A DNA stretch of 64,000 nt from Candidatus Moraniibacteriota bacterium (GTDB lineage: Bacteria > Patescibacteriota > Minisyncoccia > Moranbacterales > GCA-2747515), in contig CP065011.1 in assembly GCA_016699795.1 (NCBI GenBank), forward strand, positions 354,474 through 418,473, given 5' to 3'. The notes beneath the pieces were generated by a model that was given only the letters and a program-made list of their open reading frames with translations, had not been told where the DNA came from and made no database searches. Positions 59,518 to 64,000 of the stretch are shown one piece after another. The position numbers and the translations under genes were made by a program. Position 1 is the first letter of the stretch; each line of letters begins with the position of its first letter.

Positions 59518-61308
59518 TTATGAAGACTGTTTTCTTTTAGCTTTCACTCGATTAGTCTCGCTTAAGTATTGCTTACGAAGCCTTACTGATTTTGGCGTCA
59601 CTTCGAGATATTCATCATCAGACATAACTTCCAATCCACGTTCTATGGAAAGCTCAAATGGTGGTACGAGAGTAATAGCATCATCATTTCCACTAGAACG
59701 CATATTCGTAAGATGTTTTCCCTTTATAGGATTTACTGTCATATCATCCCCTTTGGAAGTATTTCCTATAACTTGTCCTTCGTACACATCCGTGCTTGCT
59801 CCTATATAAAGAATTCCTCGACCTTGCAGATTAAATAATGCGTATCCAAGAGCTTTTCCTGTTTCTCCAGAAATCATAGAGCCCGTTTCCCGCTTCGAAA
59901 TTGGACCTGCATATTCCCGAAAACCAATAACTCGTGAACATAAAATACCTTCTCCTTTGGTATCTACAATAAATTGCCCTCGATAACCCAAAAGTCCTCT
60001 TGTGGGAATTTCAAAAATAAGACGAACTTGATCACCATGTGGTTGCATATTTACCATTGTTCCTTTTCGCTTTCCCAATCTTTCAATAACTGCTCCAGAA
60101 TATATACTTGGTACATCTATGGTCACCTCTTCGAATGGTTCTAGTTTTTTTCCTTCTTCTTCCTTGATAATAACATGGGGTTGAGAGACTTGTATTTCAT
60201 AATTCTCTCTCCTCATATTCTCGAGAAGTATCGCAATATGAAGCTCTCCTCTTCCATAGACCATAGCGTATTCTGCAGAAGAAAAATCTATTCTCAAGCC
60301 AACATTTACTTCTAGTTCTTTTTTGAGGCGTTCTCGAATTTGTTGATTTGTAACGAATTTTCCTTCTTTTCCAGAAAAAGGAGAATCATTTACAAGAAAC
60401 CGGAGGGAGATAGTTGGCTCATCTACAGTAATAGCTGGTAATGCCTCTTGAGTAGTAGATTCACAAAGAGTTTCTCCTATATCAATAGAAGAAAATCCCG
60501 CTACCATAACAATATCACCAGCAATAGCCTGGTCGGATTCTTGGCGTCGTGTTCCATTGAAAGTAAACAATTTTGTAATTCGTCCTGTTTCACTTTTTCC
60601 ATCAAGTCTCTTGAGTGTGAGTGATTGTCCTGCTCGAATAATCCCCTCGTAAACTCTTCCTATAGCAAGACGGCCAAGAAAGTCATCGTATCCAAGATTA
60701 AACGGTTGAAACAAAAGAGGTTTTTCGGATTCACTTTTTGCTGGAGAAACACGAAGAAGGATCATATCCAAAAGCGGAGAAAGATCTTTAGAATCATCAT
60801 CGAGATGTTCTTTGGCAATTCCTTCACGGCCAATCGCATATATCGTTGTAAAATCTAATTGTTCATCCGTTGCGCCAAGATCTAAGAAAAGTTCGAAAAC
60901 TTGCTCATATACAATGTCTGGTTGAGCAGCTGGTTTATCAATTTTATTTATCACAACAAGTGGTTTAAGACCTAATTCAAGAGATTTTTTCAAAACAAAT
61001 CGAGTTTGAGGCATAGGTCCTTCTTGAGCGTCTACTACCAAAACAACGGAGTCGATAGATCGAAGTACTCGCTCAACCTCACTTCCAAAATCAGCATGTC
61101 CTGGTGTGTCTACAATATTGATTTTTGTATCTCGATAAAAAACAGTTGTGTTTTTCGCATAAATAGTAATTCCTCGCTCTTGTTCAAGTGCATTGGAATC
61201 CATAGACTCATCATCTCCTACCGCCCCTGTCTGACGCATAATAGCGTCTGTAAGGGTTGTTTTTCCATGATCGACGTGAGCGATAATGGCAATGTTTCGT
61301 ATTTCCAT
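59518..61308 (-). CDS. typA: Translational GTPase TypA/BipA
   Basis: [23 protein letters not shown], 596 aa, EF-G-like domain order without domain IV. Confidence 0.9.
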   Translation of the reverse strand: MEIRNIAIIAHVDHGKTTLTDAIMRQTGAVGDDESMDSNALEQERGITIYAKNTTVFYRDTKINIVDTPGHADFGSEVERVLRSIDSVVLVVDAQEGPMPQTRFVLKKSLELGLKPLVVINKIDKPAAQPDIVYEQVFELFLDLGATDEQLDFTTIYAIGREGIAKEHLDDDSKDLSPLLDMILLRVSPAKSESEKPLLFQPFNLGYDDFLGRLAIGRVYEGIIRAGQSLTLKRLDGKSETGRITKLFTFNGTRRQESDQAIAGDIVMVAGFSSIDIGETLCESTTQEALPAITVDEPTISLRFLVNDSPFSGKEGKFVTNQQIRERLKKELEVNVGLRIDFSSAEYAMVYGRGELHIAILLENMRRENYEIQVSQPHVIIKEEEGKKLEPFEEVTIDVPSIYSGAVIERLGKRKGTMVNMQPHGDQVRLIFEIPTRGLLGYRGQFIVDTKGEGILCSRVIGFREYAGPISKRETGSMISGETGKALGYALFNLQGRGILYIGASTDVYEGQVIGNTSKGDDMTVNPIKGKHLTNMRSSGNDDAITLVPPFELSIERGLEVMSDDEYLEVTPKSVRLRKQYLSETNRVKAKRKQSS

Positions 61309-61443
61309 AAAAATTCTATATAAAAACTATAATTCTAAACAAAAAAACGTCGCCTCTTGCGACGCCTTTTCAAAATACACCCATTTTGCCCTATTCGTCA
61401 ATTATAACAAACAGGGTGGGAAGGGATATTTTTCTTTACTGTG

Positions 61444-62586
61444 TTATTTTTCATTATCCGTACGAGAAAGTACGACATTCACACGGTCACATTCTTTTCC
61501 AGCTTTGTGAGTACTCCACTTTGTATTTACATCATAATAAGAAGGGTATTCTTTATTCTCACTACTAGATTCAAGACTAAATTGAGCACAAAGCTCAAAT
61601 TCTCCTTCACGAACAGTCCCTACGGTTCTTGCCTCCGTTATAATACGATATTCGTAAGGAATATTCTTCTCAGGATCAAATTGATTGCCCTCTTCTATAC
61701 AATAATACGTAGATTTTTGGATTTCTTCTATACTTTTCGGAAGTCTTTGATATTGTGAAGCAAAATTCTCTACACAAGAAGCGATTTGAGATAAATGCTG
61801 AGATCGTTGTGTATCAAATGCTCGTGTCCTCGCCATTTGAGGAGAGCCTGAAATCAAAAAGCCAAAGAGGATTCCTAGAAAAATACCGAAGGAAGAACTC
61901 CAAGCAAAAGCTTGAAAAACTCTTTTTGAAATAGGTTTTTTGTACTGAATTTCTCTTCTTTCAAAAAAATACCATCCAAAAACAGTCCCCGAAATCAGCA
62001 AAATAACACAAGCCTTTAAGAAAAACCTCACACTCATTTCTCCTTGAAGAAAGGTATAAAGAAGGGCTATGAGATCACCTACAAGTATTATTAAACAAAT
62101 AAACAAAACTCCGTATGTTATCCATTTTATAGCCATTATTTCTCTTTTCACTTCTTGCTGTCGAAATTTTCGAAAGCGAAAAAAAATAGTAAAAAAGAAA
62201 AGAGGAAAGGTTATAATAAGTGCTGAAATAGCATAATGAATAGCCTGAGTCGCTACTGAAGAACCATATCCATAAAAAGCTGCTGGATCTGGAAAATATT
62301 TATCAATTACTTCGTAGTAAAGAATGCCCACTCCAGTAATGACAATACCGAGGAGAACAAAAGAAAATAAATTCAAAACAACTTCTAAAGCAACTCCAAT
62401 TTTTTTCCGTCCCGAAAGTCGCTCCAAAGGGAGGGGAACTCCGAGATCCTTCAAAGCATCTGCATAAAGAGCGTCTATTTCATCATCAGTCCAACCAACC
62501 GCTAAAAGTTTTTCTTTAATGTGTGATTTTCCTTGACCTTCCTCGATACTTTTTTTTATGAACTCAAGTATAGATAAAGTTTCCAT
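61444..62586 (-). CDS. Hypothetical polytopic membrane protein
   Basis: Cytoplasmic N-terminal helical domain, 6-7 TM, and a C-terminal soluble region with a pilin-like ARTRAFDTQRSQHLSQIA segment but no prepilin cleavage motif. Confidence 0.35.
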   Translation of the reverse strand: METLSILEFIKKSIEEGQGKSHIKEKLLAVGWTDDEIDALYADALKDLGVPLPLERLSGRKKIGVALEVVLNLFSFVLLGIVITGVGILYYEVIDKYFPDPAAFYGYGSSVATQAIHYAISALIITFPLFFFTIFFRFRKFRQQEVKREIMAIKWITYGVLFICLIILVGDLIALLYTFLQGEMSVRFFLKACVILLISGTVFGWYFFERREIQYKKPISKRVFQAFAWSSSFGIFLGILFGFLISGSPQMARTRAFDTQRSQHLSQIASCVENFASQYQRLPKSIEEIQKSTYYCIEEGNQFDPEKNIPYEYRIITEARTVGTVREGEFELCAQFSLESSSENKEYPSYYDVNTKWSTHKAGKECDRVNVVLSRTDNEK

Positions 62587-62737
62587 ATAATTTTTGTAAA
62601 CAACGCTATTAATTCTTACAATTTACACTGATAGTATAACACAGTTCGATTACACATTGCGGATACACAAAAAACATGGCTTAAACAAAATTTTTTTGAC
62701 TTAGTCACCATAGCATCTGACATTTAAATTATTTGGA

Positions 62738-63997
62738 TTATTGCGTGATAAGTTTCAGTAAATCAAATTCACCACTTCTCGGAATCAATCCTAGCCTGTA
62801 ACTGTTAATCAGAAATAAATTTATCAACACAAAGAAGCCCACGATCAAGAACATCACCATATGATACTTTTTAAATTTTTCCCCCAGGAACACTATTGGC
62901 ATAATCAAGAATGGCAATATTTCCAAAAATCTTCTAGCGCCAAAGGCATCTCCACCACCAAGATCACTAAGCGAGCCATTAATTATCCATGTAAAAATAA
63001 ATGCTAAAATTACAACAATTGCCACCCTTCTTGATTTTAGCCATAGGTAATACATTCCAAAAAACACCAATAAAAGAAAAGGTGACCAAGAGAACAGTCC
63101 CCTATTACTAGAAAATAAAACATACAAACCATGAAATTCTGGGCGAACAAAATTATGTCCTTGCGGAATTAACAAATATTTTCCATAAACATTTTCCCAA
63201 ACCAACATCTGACAAACAACAAACAGTATTAATGGCAATATGAAAATCAAAAAATGTTTAATACTATTGGAAATTTCTTCCTTTTTTATTATAAAGGCTG
63301 GCACAAACAATGGAGCAACTGCCAAGACTATCAGAATATTTTGCCAACGCGTAGCACACAACAAAAATATAACCAGCATGAAGAACCAAGGATTCACATC
63401 CTTTAAGTAGAAAAATTTTAAAGATAAATAAAACAACATACTAGATAAGAATAATGATGGAATATGGGACATTGAAGGTGCCAACAGTTGATAATAAAGA
63501 AATGGCGTTGATAACCAGACACCAAGAAGTACAAGAACAGTATATTCGTTATCTGTTTTTTCTTTATCATGTAAAACCAATAAGCATGATTTAAAAATAA
63601 AAAACAGAGCAAGAGTTCCGAACAACCATGTTCCAAAATTAATCATAAAAACATAGAAGAAGGAGTACCCATTTCGTGAAAAATCAAAAATAACAGTCAA
63701 TAGATCACCCACCAAAAAAAATGGCGCCCAGAGAATCGCAGTACCATATGCATATGGATTTGGAGTTTTTCCATTTGAAGTTAAGATATTTTCTTTGACA
63801 AATTTTTCACTATAAAAATCTTGCTGTGCGAAATATTCCAATTCATTGTGAAAATCCAAATCATGATCAAAAACAGCCGACCGAAGCCAGCTATAATAAA
63901 AAACACCGTCACCTTGAATCTTTATTGGCTGATTACTATTCAAAAAAATAAATACTAAAAAACTAATCATCACAGCAAGAATGAAGATATTCATCAT
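62738..63997 (-). CDS. Hypothetical polytopic membrane protein (possibly GT-C-like)
   Basis: 419 aa, more than 10 TM, with an N-terminal loop DHDLDFHNELEYF. Confidence 0.35.
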   Translation of the reverse strand: MMNIFILAVMISFLVFIFLNSNQPIKIQGDGVFYYSWLRSAVFDHDLDFHNELEYFAQQDFYSEKFVKENILTSNGKTPNPYAYGTAILWAPFFLVGDLLTVIFDFSRNGYSFFYVFMINFGTWLFGTLALFFIFKSCLLVLHDKEKTDNEYTVLVLLGVWLSTPFLYYQLLAPSMSHIPSLFLSSMLFYLSLKFFYLKDVNPWFFMLVIFLLCATRWQNILIVLAVAPLFVPAFIIKKEEISNSIKHFLIFILPLILFVVCQMLVWENVYGKYLLIPQGHNFVRPEFHGLYVLFSSNRGLFSWSPFLLLVFFGMYYLWLKSRRVAIVVILAFIFTWIINGSLSDLGGGDAFGARRFLEILPFLIMPIVFLGEKFKKYHMVMFLIVGFFVLINLFLINSYRLGLIPRSGEFDLLKLITQ

Positions 63998-64000
63998 TTG

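Noticed and set aside
61444-62586. A type IV pilin-like segment (ARTRAFDTQRSQHLSQIASCVENFASQYQRLP) suggested a pilin gene
   Set aside because: It lies in the middle of a 380-aa polytopic protein. It lacks the G/FTLIE prepilin peptidase site and the N-terminal class III signal, so a pilin call is not supported.

Overview
This is an AT-rich, gene-dense bacterial window, mostly minus-strand coding. Its gene content looks like a small-genome CPR/Patescibacteria-type organism: many small hypothetical membrane or secreted proteins, several GT-C and GT4 glycosyltransferases, and unlinked rRNA genes. The standard genetic code fits (EF-G, the 1629-aa protein and others are uninterrupted).

Recognisable core genes:
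- bL25 (rplY)
- an FtsW/RodA (SEDS) protein
- a 23S-5S rRNA pair with no adjacent 16S; the 23S carries a helix-45 intervening sequence and two other AT-rich expansions
- tRNA-Pro(GGG)
- lgt
- nth
- the str operon rpsL-rpsG-fusA, with no tuf
- tpiA
- a response regulator with a C-terminal zinc ribbon
- dnaJ
- yidD
- corA
- cysS
- two GT-C glycosyltransferases
- an FtsQ-like protein, holB, two GT4 glycosyltransferases, mreB and murA (a cell-wall/division cluster)
- a MacB/FtsX-like ABC pair
- xth
- typA/bipA

The standout is a complete diversity-generating retroelement (DGR) at 49.5-52.8 kb. It comprises a reverse transcriptase with the DGR-type IGNLTSQ motif, a 181-bp template repeat, an Avd-like accessory gene, and a target gene whose C-terminal C-type-lectin-like domain ends in the variable repeat. 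The template and variable repeats differ at 18 positions. Every one is an adenine in the template repeat's coding strand. A GC-rich hairpin lies just downstream of the variable repeat.

The DGR sits next to a 1629-aa surface protein built from tandem domains, and to a GHKL-ATPase plus STAS-like (DUF4325) two-gene cassette. That cassette is bracketed by perfect 40-bp direct repeats embedded in degenerate longer repeats.

A Lys/Ala-rich histone-H1-like protein with tandem DNA repeats and an N-terminal paralog of the DGR target are also present.
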